Origin: Candidatus Methanosuratincola verstraetei
GTDB lineage: Archaea > Thermoproteota > Methanomethylicia > Methanomethylicales > Methanomethylicaceae
Assembly (NCBI GenBank): GCA_049570475.1
Contig: CP186953.1
Location: 832,001 to 896,000, forward strand
Direction: 5' to 3'
DNA: 64,000 nt
Position numbers and translations under genes: made by a program. The notes beneath the pieces were generated by a model that did not search any database, was not told the origin of the DNA, and worked only from the letters and a program-made list of their open reading frames with translations. This document shows positions 9,402 to 18,429 of the stretch, in pieces (the stretch's first letter is position 1; each line of letters opens with the position of its first letter).

Positions 9402-9722
9402 GGTGCGGTAGGTAGGGCCGGAGGGCTCGGCCTCCTCTGCTCTACAAACGGTCGTTAAGGTAGGGCCAGTAACTCTGGGAGGCGGCAATACCGGCGGCAG
9501 TGCTGATGGATATGCAGCGTGGAAGTCTCGCCCTGTGGGGGCGTTGGAGCGGTAGAGATCCATCCGGAAGGAAGGGTCTCCCGCTAGCTAGGCGAAACGG
9601 GTTAGGCCCGGAAGGGAGCGGCCCTAAGCCTGGACAGTGCCGTTCACAGGAAAACGGGATGGATGCTGGGTGTCCAAAGGCACTGCTGCGCAGGCTGCCC
9701 ACTCCCGGAGAGCTGCCGCACC
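9402..9722 (+). ncRNA. ffs: Archaeal signal recognition particle (SRP, 7S) RNA
   Basis: Terminal helix GGTGCGG/CCGCACC, about 320 nt, helix 8 motif AGGCCCGGAAGGGAGCGG, helix 6 GGAA tetraloop. Confidence 0.93.
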
Positions 9723-9769
9723 ACTTGCAAATAAAATATTTAACTTACCTTAACTTTCTTTGGCTTAAA

Positions 9770-9858
9770 GCCTGGGTTGCCTAGCCTGGTAAGGCGATGG
9801 CTTGCTAAGCCATTGTCTGGCAACAGACTCGTGGGTTCAAATCCCACCCCAGGCGCCA
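9770..9858 (+). tRNA. tRNA-Ser(GCT), long variable arm, encoded CCA
   Basis: Anticodon arm ATGGC-TTGCTAA-GCCAT, GGTTCAAATCC T loop, acceptor GCCTGGG/CCCAGGC. Confidence 0.97.
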
Positions 9859-10132
9859 CTCTTGGTGCTTTAAACTCACGAAGATGCCGTCAGAGTTTTA
9901 TAACCGTAGATCTAGAGCCGAAATACAGTCATTTGTTAGTCTTTTACAAAAGTTTTACCTAAAAAGCAAGCGTCATTTATGCACCTTGCAAAGCTTGGTT
10001 CCGAATTATTGCGGCCACTCCTTTACCGTCGAACCAAGCAAGGATTCTGACTAAATTCAACTACTCATCATTGGGATTTTGTAAAGTTAGCGATATCTAT
10101 AATAGCTGCCTGTCAATCCCTTTTTACTCCGA

Positions 10133-10210
10133 GGGGCTGTAGGCTAGCTTGGTCTAGACTGCGAGGCTTGGGCCCTCGTGACCCCGGTTCAAATCCGGGC
10201 AGCCCCACCA
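10133..10210 (+). tRNA. tRNA-Pro(TGG), encoded CCA
   Basis: CGAGG-CTTGGGC-CCTCG anticodon arm; acceptor GGGGCTG/CAGCCCC. Confidence 0.97.
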
Positions 10211-10261
10211 TTATTATGGCTGAGAATTTGTATAAAAATAAAAAATTATAAGATGAAAAGT

Positions 10262-10681
10262 TTAGAGACCCTGCAGCCTCTTTATCCTCTCTTGTTTTTC
10301 GGCTGCAAGCTTCGCTAAAGTTCTTTTGACGTTTGGCAAAAAGCCGAGTTTTCCCATGCTGTCCTCGTAGAACCTCTTGATCGTGCTTTCGATCTCTATT
10401 GCCTTTACAACGTTCTTCTTCTCTTCTGCGCATATGGACGTGTCTGTTTTGTAGTTGTCGCTGTCTATTCCTGTTATTGCTTCCAGAACCATTTCTTGCA
10501 TTTCCATGCGTCTGGTCCTTTCAATCAACTGCTTGTTCTTTTTTGACGCGTTTGCGAAGTCGCTGAATATCTTTTGTACTTCTGGTGAACTTTTCTTGGC
10601 TGCCTCGTCATAAAAATTTGAGGCTGCGTCCTCGAGTTCAGATGCAAATTTGAGTATGGCACCGAAAGTCCCTAGCTGCAT
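10262..10681 (-). CDS. Ferritin/rubrerythrin-like helical protein
   Basis: Repeated A.E.E....FY motifs of the rubrerythrin four-helix bundle; starts right after the aldehyde dehydrogenase stop. Confidence 0.7.
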   Translation of the reverse strand: MQLGTFGAILKFASELEDAASNFYDEAAKKSSPEVQKIFSDFANASKKNKQLIERTRRMEMQEMVLEAITGIDSDNYKTDTSICAEEKKNVVKAIEIESTIKRFYEDSMGKLGFLPNVKRTLAKLAAEKQERIKRLQGL

Positions 10682-10682
10682 T

Positions 10683-12134
10683 TCAGAACCACCTGGATAT
10701 GATGACCTTCTTCTGTGTATAGAATTCTACAGCATCCATTGCTTGTGCATGGAGGTCTCCAAAGAAAGACTCCTTCCATCCGGAGAACGGGAAGAATGCA
10801 ATAGGGGCCGGCACGCCTATGTTGACTCCTATGTTGCCAGCATCAACCCTGTAGCTAAACTCCCTGGCGTTTTTACCCTTGCTGGTGAATATCGCAGCCG
10901 CATTTCCGTAGATCGAAGAATTCGCAAGCTCAATTGCCTCGTCAAGCGACTCAGCCTTCCTTATGCACATCACTGGGCCAAAGATCTCCTCTTTGAATAT
11001 TGTCATATCAGGAGTCACTTCGTCGAATATTGTTGGGCCAACGAAATACCCATTCGGGTACTTTTCGCACTTGAACTTCCTACCGTCAAGCAGGAGTTTC
11101 GCTCCTTCTTCTACACCTTTCTCTATGTACCTCAGGACAGTTTCAAGCTGACTCTTCGATGCAAGAGGCCCCATCTGAGTATCCGGATCGAGACCGTATC
11201 CAATCCTCACCTTGGATGCTGCCTCTACTAGAGCTTTCTTGAATGGCTCGTATGCCTCCCCCACGGGTATGAAGTTCTCGCCTGCGAGGCACCTCTGCCC
11301 AGTGCAACCACATGCCGAGGTGATGCATGCCGAAATAGTGTTCTTCATGTCGGCGTCAGGCATTATCACAATAAAGTTCTTCGCCTGACCCTGGCACTGC
11401 GCCCTCATGCCTGTCTCGGCAGCCTTCTTGTAGATGTGCCTGGCCACGGGGGTGGAACCAACGAATGAGACTGCCTTAACGTCGTAGCTCGACAAAAGCA
11501 CGTCGGAGACATTCCTGCTGCCGTTTACTAGGTTAATCACGCCTGGCGGGAACCCTGCCTCCTCAGCAAGCTCAATTATCCTCTTCGCGGTGAGCGGCAC
11601 CTGGCTTGATGGCTTCAGTATGAAGGTGTTTCCACAGGCGACTGCAAGTGGCAAGAACCAGAGAGGGATCATTGCCGGGAAATTGTAAGGCGTGAGCCCG
11701 ACACATACGCCCAAGGGCTCTCTTACATAGGCCTCATCGATCCCCTTTGCCACATCTTCCTCTATGTCCCCTACCATCATCATAGGTATGCCGCAAGCAA
11801 GCTCCACGGTCTCTATGCCCCTCTTCAGGTCGCCTCTTGCCTCGTCGAGGACCTTTCCATGCTCCTTCACGATGATCTCAGAGATCTCCTCGAAATTTTG
11901 GTCAAGCAGGTTTCTGAACTCGAAGAGGTATCTGGCTCTTGTTGATGGGGGTGTGCACCTCCACTCCCAAAATGCTTCCTTTGCTGCTTTGATGGCTTCC
12001 TTGACCTCGTCGTTTGTCGACTTTGGAACCTTTGCAAGAACTTCTAGGGTTGCAGGATTTACGACATCCAATGTTTCAGTACTGCTAGACTCAACCCATT
12101 CTCCGTTTATGTAATTCTTCAATACCTCGACCAA
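10683..12134 (-). CDS. mmsA: CoA-acylating (methyl)malonate-semialdehyde dehydrogenase
   Basis: ALDH motifs TPYNFP, FVGST, GQRCLA, EEIFGP; MMSDH-type AKN, FPFSGWKESFFGDLH. Confidence 0.88.
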   Translation of the reverse strand: MVEVLKNYINGEWVESSSTETLDVVNPATLEVLAKVPKSTNDEVKEAIKAAKEAFWEWRCTPPSTRARYLFEFRNLLDQNFEEISEIIVKEHGKVLDEARGDLKRGIETVELACGIPMMMVGDIEEDVAKGIDEAYVREPLGVCVGLTPYNFPAMIPLWFLPLAVACGNTFILKPSSQVPLTAKRIIELAEEAGFPPGVINLVNGSRNVSDVLLSSYDVKAVSFVGSTPVARHIYKKAAETGMRAQCQGQAKNFIVIMPDADMKNTISACITSACGCTGQRCLAGENFIPVGEAYEPFKKALVEAASKVRIGYGLDPDTQMGPLASKSQLETVLRYIEKGVEEGAKLLLDGRKFKCEKYPNGYFVGPTIFDEVTPDMTIFKEEIFGPVMCIRKAESLDEAIELANSSIYGNAAAIFTSKGKNAREFSYRVDAGNIGVNIGVPAPIAFFPFSGWKESFFGDLHAQAMDAVEFYTQKKVIISRWF

Positions 12135-12291
12135 TTCTAATCCTCCATTTTTACACTTGCTTTTCCTATGGTCGTAGCTTTAAGTGAAACTACCTTTATG
12201 GTATTTAAACTTTTATCATGAACTAAAATAATCTGTAATTATAAACCACTTTTAATGCAGTTCTCTTAACCGGAACGCCTTTTATAATTGA

Positions 12292-12305
12292 AGTTTAATT
12301 AAACT
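12292..12305. promoter_or_regulatory. Perfect 14-bp palindrome, candidate operator
   Basis: AGTTTAATTAAACT just downstream of TTTTATAA and 15 bp before the DUF296 start. Confidence 0.35.
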
Positions 12306-12319
12306 AACAGGCGAAAACC

Positions 12320-12742
12320 TTGAAATCCGTCCGTACTGAAAACTTGATTATTATCAGGCTTGATGAGGGCGAAGAGGTGATCTCTTCACTGAAGGCTGTT
12401 GCCAAAGATGAGAGGATTAATTCAGCAGTAATCGTTTCCTTTGTCGGTGCGTTGAAGCATTCCGAATTGATAGTTAGAAAAGGCGTGGAAAAAGAAATCG
12501 CCCCCCATGTGGAGGCTGTAGGGAATGGGAATTTGACCATCCTCAACGGAGAACCTTTCGTCCATCTCCATGTCGCTTTGGGAAACGATGGCGGTACGTG
12601 GGTGGGGCACCTCCTCAAGGGTGTCGTTGATATTTTCTGCGAGGTGGCTATGCTGCCAATGCCGTTTGAGGCTCGGCGGAGCTATGATTCTAGTTTGGCT
12701 GAAAAAGGCGTTACGGTACCGTTCCGACTTGAATTGGGGTGA
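12320..12742 (+). CDS. PPC-domain (DUF296) protein
   Basis: IRLDEGEEV, GN, HLH and GHL motifs. Confidence 0.85.
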   Translation: MKSVRTENLIIIRLDEGEEVISSLKAVAKDERINSAVIVSFVGALKHSELIVRKGVEKEIAPHVEAVGNGNLTILNGEPFVHLHVALGNDGGTWVGHLLKGVVDIFCEVAMLPMPFEARRSYDSSLAEKGVTVPFRLELG

Positions 12743-13197
12743 GCCGATTGGCAATACTGTCCGATTCTTCAATACTGCGCTATGTTGAGGCGGGAATATT
12801 GAAGATTGATCCCTTTTCTAGCGACTCCCTATCCCCTTCTGGGTATGACCTTAGGTCTGGGCTGGACATGGAGATCCCAAGGGGTCATCAAACCCTGATC
12901 CATACACTCGAGAGAGTCGAATTACCTCCATCCATTGCAGGGGAGCTGTTCATAAGATCTTCCTTTGCCCGCGAGGGTCTTTTGGGGAGCTTTGCTTTCG
13001 TCGACCCAGGGTTCAAGGGGCAGCTCACAATTTCGGTTGCAAACCTGGGTCTGAGGGAGATAATGATCTCAAAAGGTGAGCGCATCGTCCAGATCGTATT
13101 CAATGAGCTGGACATGCCTTCCTCGCGCCCGTATTCGGGGAGATACCAGGGCAGCAGAGGGGTAGTGGGAAGCAAGAGAGTTTCAACAGATATGTAA
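12739..13197 (+). CDS. dcd: dCTP deaminase / dUTPase family protein
   Basis: YDLR, TLERV, RSSFAREG, VDPGFKGQLT, YSGRYQ. Confidence 0.88.
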   Translation: MSRLAILSDSSILRYVEAGILKIDPFSSDSLSPSGYDLRSGLDMEIPRGHQTLIHTLERVELPPSIAGELFIRSSFAREGLLGSFAFVDPGFKGQLTISVANLGLREIMISKGERIVQIVFNELDMPSSRPYSGRYQGSRGVVGSKRVSTDM

Positions 13198-13251
13198 AAT
13201 TTATAACACAATTGCCATTTAAAATTATATTGTCTATGGAGATGCGCCCCG

Positions 13252-13989
13252 ATGAGTGTGGAGACTCGCTATGAATATCTTAAGCGCCAGATACGTGCAG
13301 TTGAGTTTCTGAGACTCACAAAAAGTGTAAAGTCATACCAAGAACTTATGAAGCTAACTGGCATTCCAATAACTGTTCTTAATCGTTACGTCAAGGGGCA
13401 CATCTTGCCGAGCCCTGAGCGGGCCGCCTCGATCTTGGATAAGCTGGAGAAGGGGTACGATGTCACCAGCCATATCATGGACAAGATCTCATTCGATAAG
13501 GGAGGCTTCTTGGACAACACTAAGGTTCTAGGCGATACCCTTCTGTTGAGGTATGTCGCTGACCACGTGGTCCAGAGGCTCGCAGGAAGAAGGGTCAGCA
13601 AAGTGCTCACAGTTGCTGTCGATGGCATCCCGCTTGCCGTCCACATTGCATCCGCTTTCAGCGTCCCGCTTATGTATGCTAAAAAAGACAAGGAGATCGG
13701 CGTATCGAACTTCATTGAGGAGACCTACACCGTCTCAAAAGCAGGCATCCAGGTCTCGCTTTACCTGCCGAAGGACGGGATCGAGAAACGAGACAGCATT
13801 CTAATAACCGACGACGTTGTCAGGTCCGGCGAGCAGCTTAAAGCGTTGGTAAACATGGTCAAGAGAAGCAAGGCCGAGATCGCAGGTGTATTTGTCTTAA
13901 TTGCAGTTGGAGAAAAATGGAAGAAGGAGATCGACGACTCAGCGAACTACCCTGTTTATTCAATTGTTACCCTGCCTGAAAAGGAATGA
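13252..13989 (+). CDS. HTH + phosphoribosyltransferase (PurR-like regulator / purine PRTase)
   Basis: N-terminal HTH (LNRYVKGHILP), PRPP-binding loop ILITDDVVRSG. Confidence 0.85.
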   Translation: MSVETRYEYLKRQIRAVEFLRLTKSVKSYQELMKLTGIPITVLNRYVKGHILPSPERAASILDKLEKGYDVTSHIMDKISFDKGGFLDNTKVLGDTLLLRYVADHVVQRLAGRRVSKVLTVAVDGIPLAVHIASAFSVPLMYAKKDKEIGVSNFIEETYTVSKAGIQVSLYLPKDGIEKRDSILITDDVVRSGEQLKALVNMVKRSKAEIAGVFVLIAVGEKWKKEIDDSANYPVYSIVTLPEKE

Positions 13990-14991
13990 AAGGTCGTATG
14001 GTGGGTATGCCACTTCCTTCTCGGTTATTATTGCCGATACCAGTTGCCTCGGCGTCAGATCGAATGCTGGATTGAGCACCTCTGTACCCTCTGGGGCAAT
14101 CCGCACCCCGCGAATGTGGGTCACTTCAGACGGAGCCCTCTCCTCTATGGTTACGCCGTCTGGGCTCGCATTCAGGTCTATTGTCGAGAGCGGTGCTGCT
14201 ACATAGAATGGGATGCTGTGATGCTTCGCTAGTACGGCCAAGCCGTAAGTTCCGATCTTGTTGACCACGTCCCCCTGCCTGGTTATCAGATCTGCGCCGA
14301 CAATTACCTTATTCACGAGACCTTTCTTCATTATGTATGCTGCCATGTTGTCGGTGATCAGCTTGAAAGGGATCCTCTCATACTTCAACTCGAATGCAGT
14401 CAGCCTGGCGCCTTGGAGCAGGGGCCTCGTTTCGCATGAATATACAAAGAACTTCTTGCCTTCCTGATAGGCGGTCCGTATTACGCCCAGCGCGGTTCCA
14501 TGCTCGACACATGCAAGCGCTCCTGCATTGCAATGAGTTAGGACCCCATCCCCATCCGAGATCAAGGCCGATCCATTCTTTCCGATGGCTTTGCAAACTG
14601 CAATATCTTCCTCTGCAATCGCCAAGGCTTCTTTTATGACCTTCTCCTTGAGCGCATTTCCGCCTTCTCTTAAGGGCTCTTCCCAAACCTTCCTCATCCT
14701 TTCCAACGCCCAGAAAAGGTTCCTGGCGGTCGGTCTTGTGGACCTCAACCTTTTGTATGCCCTCGCCAGCCGTTCCGGCAGTTCATGCTCATTATTGCAG
14801 TTCTTGGCCGCAAGCGCTACGCCCATGGCTGCCGCGACTCCAATTGCTGGCGCGCCCCTGATTTCCATCCGCTCGATGGCTTCAGCGATCCTTTCATGGT
14901 CTTCGCATCTGATTATCCTCAGCTCGTCCGGAAGCGCCGTCTGGTCGATGATGTAGACGCCATCTTCTTTCCATTCGATAGTCCTTATCAA
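13960..14991 (-). CDS. mtnA: S-methyl-5-thioribose-1-phosphate isomerase
   Basis: RGAPAIG, RPTA, THCNAG, ETRPLLQGARLT, NKIGT, NPAFD. Confidence 0.95.
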   Translation of the reverse strand: MIRTIEWKEDGVYIIDQTALPDELRIIRCEDHERIAEAIERMEIRGAPAIGVAAAMGVALAAKNCNNEHELPERLARAYKRLRSTRPTARNLFWALERMRKVWEEPLREGGNALKEKVIKEALAIAEEDIAVCKAIGKNGSALISDGDGVLTHCNAGALACVEHGTALGVIRTAYQEGKKFFVYSCETRPLLQGARLTAFELKYERIPFKLITDNMAAYIMKKGLVNKVIVGADLITRQGDVVNKIGTYGLAVLAKHHSIPFYVAAPLSTIDLNASPDGVTIEERAPSEVTHIRGVRIAPEGTEVLNPAFDLTPRQLVSAIITEKEVAYPPYDLSFLFRQGNN

Positions 14992-14994
14992 GAA

Positions 14995-15483
14995 TCAATC
15001 CCCCAGCGATTTGGCTATCCCATCCGCAACCGCTCTTACGCCTAATCTGACTTTGTAGCTAATCCCAGCTCCAAAATCTATTGTTTTCGGCTGTATCCCT
15101 AGGAGCTTTATCTTTACGCCTGGGATTCCCTCCCTCAATACCGAGAATAGGATTTTTAGCGATTGCTTATGGGTCGAAAGCGATCTCTCAGTCAACTCGT
15201 CGCCATCGAAAAGCCTTGCCTCTCCGGGCTTAAGCCCCATGTCGACTGCGTCGATGAACAAGATGTGGCTAGGCTGGAATCTTTTCATTTCCAAAGTGAA
15301 ATTCTCAGGGACGCCGCCGCAATCCATAACCAGGACATTGCCCCTCCCTTTCAGCCTGCCACGCAGTATCCTTGCTGCTGAGCAGCCCGCTGCATCGTCG
15401 CCCCTCATCCTGTTTCCTACCCCAATGATCAATATGCGGCTGCATCCTTCTAAGAACTCTGAGAGCGACTCCTCGAAGAGCAT
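14995..15483 (-). CDS. hycI: Hydrogenase maturation protease (HycI-like)
   Basis: GVGNRMRGDDAAG, PEN, IDAVD, STH, GIQP. Confidence 0.9.
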   Translation of the reverse strand: MLFEESLSEFLEGCSRILIIGVGNRMRGDDAAGCSAARILRGRLKGRGNVLVMDCGGVPENFTLEMKRFQPSHILFIDAVDMGLKPGEARLFDGDELTERSLSTHKQSLKILFSVLREGIPGVKIKLLGIQPKTIDFGAGISYKVRLGVRAVADGIAKSLGD

Positions 15484-15515
15484 ATAGATAACCTCTTGGT
15501 TACTTCGTCTTAAAG

Positions 15516-16052
15516 GTGTTCTCGTTGCCCGAACCCTTGCCCAAAGCCGTCATGAGAGGGAACCAATGCTTTGTAAGCGGTCCTGACGCAGACAGGCTAC
15601 ACCAGCAGGGTGCAGTCGGAACCATGGAGAAGGGCGTCCTGAGGCTGAGCGATGTTGAGATGCTGCACCTTGTCGAGCGCGAAAAAATTGCCGTGTATGG
15701 TGAGCAGGGAGAGGCTTTGGATTTCCCTTCACTCTTGAAGCTTCTCGAAGGGTATGATTCAGAGATCTGGCTGAAATTTCTGTTGTACTCTGATCTTAGG
15801 AGGAGGGGCTACACCGTGAAGCCTGGGTTCGGACCGAAATTGGAATACCGGGTTTATGAACGCGGAGCCTCAGTGGGCAAGGAGCCCGCAAAATACCTCG
15901 TCTATGGCCTTGTTGAAGGTAAAACAGTCAAGGTTTCGGAAATAGCCTCCATATCTGAATCCGCCAAGCTCTCGAAGAAAGATCTTATCTTGGCAGTCAT
16001 TGACAGGCAGGGTGAGATAACCTATTATGACACCACCGAAGTCAGTCTATGA
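15516..16052 (+). CDS. endA: tRNA-splicing endonuclease subunit, probably the structural subunit
   Basis: LYSDLRRRGY.VK.G...YRVY and AVID..GEITYY; catalytic His position reads EPAKY. Confidence 0.85.
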   Translation: MFSLPEPLPKAVMRGNQCFVSGPDADRLHQQGAVGTMEKGVLRLSDVEMLHLVEREKIAVYGEQGEALDFPSLLKLLEGYDSEIWLKFLLYSDLRRRGYTVKPGFGPKLEYRVYERGASVGKEPAKYLVYGLVEGKTVKVSEIASISESAKLSKKDLILAVIDRQGEITYYDTTEVSL

Positions 16053-16896
16053 AACTGCAGTCGCAGCTCTCCGGCTGATTCGCCCCACAAACTCTCTGAT
16101 GATGGGCTTTGCAGTTATAATAGGAGAGATAGCCGTCTTGGGCAGGATCCCTTCTTTTTTCGAGATGGCGCTCGGCTTCTCAGTCTCTTTTTTCCTGACT
16201 GCCTCATCAATGGCTATGAATGACTATGTGGATTTGGAGATCGATCTGGTGAACCAGCCAGACCGTCCGCTACCGTCGGGTGCAGTCTCCAAGACTGGGG
16301 CACTAATCATTTCGGCTCTGACTGGTGCAATAGGGGTGCTCTCCGCATTCCCATTCCGGGAAGGTGCAGTCTTCATTGCGTTGCTGACCTTTGTGATCTC
16401 AGCTTTATACAACCTCTACGGGAAAAAGACTGGAATCTGGGGAAACTTGATGGTTTCCTATTGCGTAGCGATGCCCTTTCTTTATGGAGGCATAGTCGTC
16501 CTGGGCGCCGTCAATGTCACCTCTTTCACCTTTTTCCTACTTGCGTTTTTGGCCAATACCGGGAGGGAAGTGACCAAGGGCATAGCGGACACTGAGGGGG
16601 ACAAGCTGCGGGGGATCAGGACGGTGGCACTAGTAAGGGGTGAAAAGACTGCAGCCTTGGTTTCAGCGCTGTTCTATCTCGCGGCAGTAGCCATAACGCC
16701 GCTTCCGTACGTTTTTGGGCAGCTTGGGATGGCATACGCCCTGCTTGTCGTGCCTGTAGACGTAGGGTTTGTCTATTCGTCTTATAGGATCATCAAGGAA
16801 AGCGGAAGGGCCTCGGCATTGAATGTAAAGACCCAAGTGAGGTACTGGATGATTTTGGCTCTAATTGCCTTCCTGGCTGGCGGGCTGCTGCGATGA
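16027..16896 (+). CDS. Digeranylgeranylglyceryl phosphate synthase (UbiA family)
   Basis: NDYVDLEIDLVNQPDRPLPSG, RE..K...D.EGD...G.RT; multi-pass membrane. Confidence 0.88.
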   Translation: MTPPKSVYETAVAALRLIRPTNSLMMGFAVIIGEIAVLGRIPSFFEMALGFSVSFFLTASSMAMNDYVDLEIDLVNQPDRPLPSGAVSKTGALIISALTGAIGVLSAFPFREGAVFIALLTFVISALYNLYGKKTGIWGNLMVSYCVAMPFLYGGIVVLGAVNVTSFTFFLLAFLANTGREVTKGIADTEGDKLRGIRTVALVRGEKTAALVSALFYLAAVAITPLPYVFGQLGMAYALLVVPVDVGFVYSSYRIIKESGRASALNVKTQVRYWMILALIAFLAGGLLR

Positions 16897-18186
16897 CCCC
16901 TCGAGCCTAGTTACTAGCGCGGGCACGTCTTCCAGCCTGACTGTGTGCTCTATCTTCCTGCCCATCTCCCTTAGCTTGAAAACCCCCGTCTTTACCTCTT
17001 CTGGTCCAACAATCAATACGAAGGGTATCCCTTTCGAATTGGCATACTCGAGCTGCCTTCCAAGTTTCCTGCCCATCAGGTCTGTCTCAGACGGGATTCT
17101 GCTCTTGATCAGCTCCCTGCAAAACGCGACCGCCTGGGGAAGATTCTCCTCGCCTATACACGCGACGAAGACTTTAGTTGCTGGCGCGGCGTGAACTTTC
17201 ATTTCCTCCGAAAGCACTTCATAGAGCCTTTCGACTCCAAGCGAGATCCCTGTTGCAGGTGTGGAAATTCCGCCAAACTTCTCAATCAAGTGGTCGTATC
17301 TCCCGCCACCTGCGATGCTCCCAATGCCTTTGCTCTTTGTCTTGACCTCGAACACCGGTCCAGTGTAGTAGTCGAGTCCCCTGACCAAGCTGAAGTCTAC
17401 AACCATAGTGCCTTCCAGACCAAATGCCTTAGAGAGCTCAACCATTCTCTTCAATTCATTTATGCCCTCGACTGCCTTGCTGCTTGGTCTCAACTCATTC
17501 TCGACGTACGTTATTGCCTCTTCGCCCTTGAACCTAGTAAAATCTAGCAGCCTAGAAACCTTCTCCTCCTCCACGCCAAGTGCTCTGATGGCCCTTGCTA
17601 CCTCCCCCTCCCCGACCTTCTCAAGCCTGTCAAGCGCGTGGAAGATCCCTTCGGCGATCCTGTTTTCAATCCCAAGGACCTCCACCATCCCTTCGAGGAT
17701 CTTCCTGTTGTTTATCTTGACTTCGAAATCATCCAAGCCAAGTTCTCGGAGTGCGTCGACGGCTGTGGAAAGGCATTCCATATCCGCCTCGATTCTGGCG
17801 CTCCCTACCACGTCGATGTCTGCTTGCACAAACTCCCTAAACCTGCCGCTCTGGGGCTCCTCATACCTCCAAACTTTTGAAATGCAGTAGCGTTTGAATG
17901 GCTTCGGCAAGTCAGGGGTGTTAGAAACAACCCTTGCAAGGGGAACCGTAAGGTCGAATCTTAGGCCCAGCCACCTTCCGCCCTTGTCTTGGAACTTGTA
18001 GATCTGCCTCTCAACCTCCTCACCGCCCTTCGTCGCGAGCACCTCCCAAAGTTCCAGGGCTGGGGTGTCCATCTCCTCGAATCCGTGCAGCTCAAAAATC
18101 GCCCTTATCCTGTCCATTATCTCCCTTCTGATCTTCATCTCATCGGGCAAAAAGTCGCGCGTTCCCCTTGGTTTGCCAAGCTTCAT
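16861..18186 (-). CDS. hisS: Histidyl-tRNA synthetase
   Basis: PRGTRD, LRFDLT, RYEEPQSGRFREF, RGLDYYTG, GGGRYD. Confidence 0.97.
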   Translation of the reverse strand: MKLGKPRGTRDFLPDEMKIRREIMDRIRAIFELHGFEEMDTPALELWEVLATKGGEEVERQIYKFQDKGGRWLGLRFDLTVPLARVVSNTPDLPKPFKRYCISKVWRYEEPQSGRFREFVQADIDVVGSARIEADMECLSTAVDALRELGLDDFEVKINNRKILEGMVEVLGIENRIAEGIFHALDRLEKVGEGEVARAIRALGVEEEKVSRLLDFTRFKGEEAITYVENELRPSSKAVEGINELKRMVELSKAFGLEGTMVVDFSLVRGLDYYTGPVFEVKTKSKGIGSIAGGGRYDHLIEKFGGISTPATGISLGVERLYEVLSEEMKVHAAPATKVFVACIGEENLPQAVAFCRELIKSRIPSETDLMGRKLGRQLEYANSKGIPFVLIVGPEEVKTGVFKLREMGRKIEHTVRLEDVPALVTRLEGSSQQPASQEGN

Positions 18187-18297
18187 CTTTTTCGCCTTGG
18201 AGAAATGTCCCCTAATCCAAATAAATCTCTTTAGTTCGCAAGCTCGGGAAATATGCGATTAAAAATATTAATAGGCGACCCTTCCCCTAACATCAGG

Positions 18298-18387
18298 GGG
18301 CCCGTAGCTCAGTACGGTAGAGCAGCGGGCTTTTAAGAGACCGAAGAAACCCGTTGGTCTCGGGTTCAAATCCCGACGGGCCCGCCA
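18298..18387 (+). tRNA. tRNA-Lys(TTT) with 13-nt intron at 37/38 (18336-18348), encoded CCA
   Basis: Acceptor GGGCCCG/CGGGCCC; GCGGG-CTTTTA[AGAGACCGAAGAA]A-CCCGT; CTTT/GAAG central helix with 3-nt bulges. Confidence 0.92.
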
Positions 18388-18429
18388 TAAACCATCCTTT
18401 CATTGAATCAAAAAGAGGACAAAAACGGT

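Noticed and set aside
9442-9962. ORFs 9442-9702, 9500-9784 and 9777-9962
   Set aside because: They overlap the SRP RNA and tRNA-Ser and are open only because of GC-rich RNA sequence
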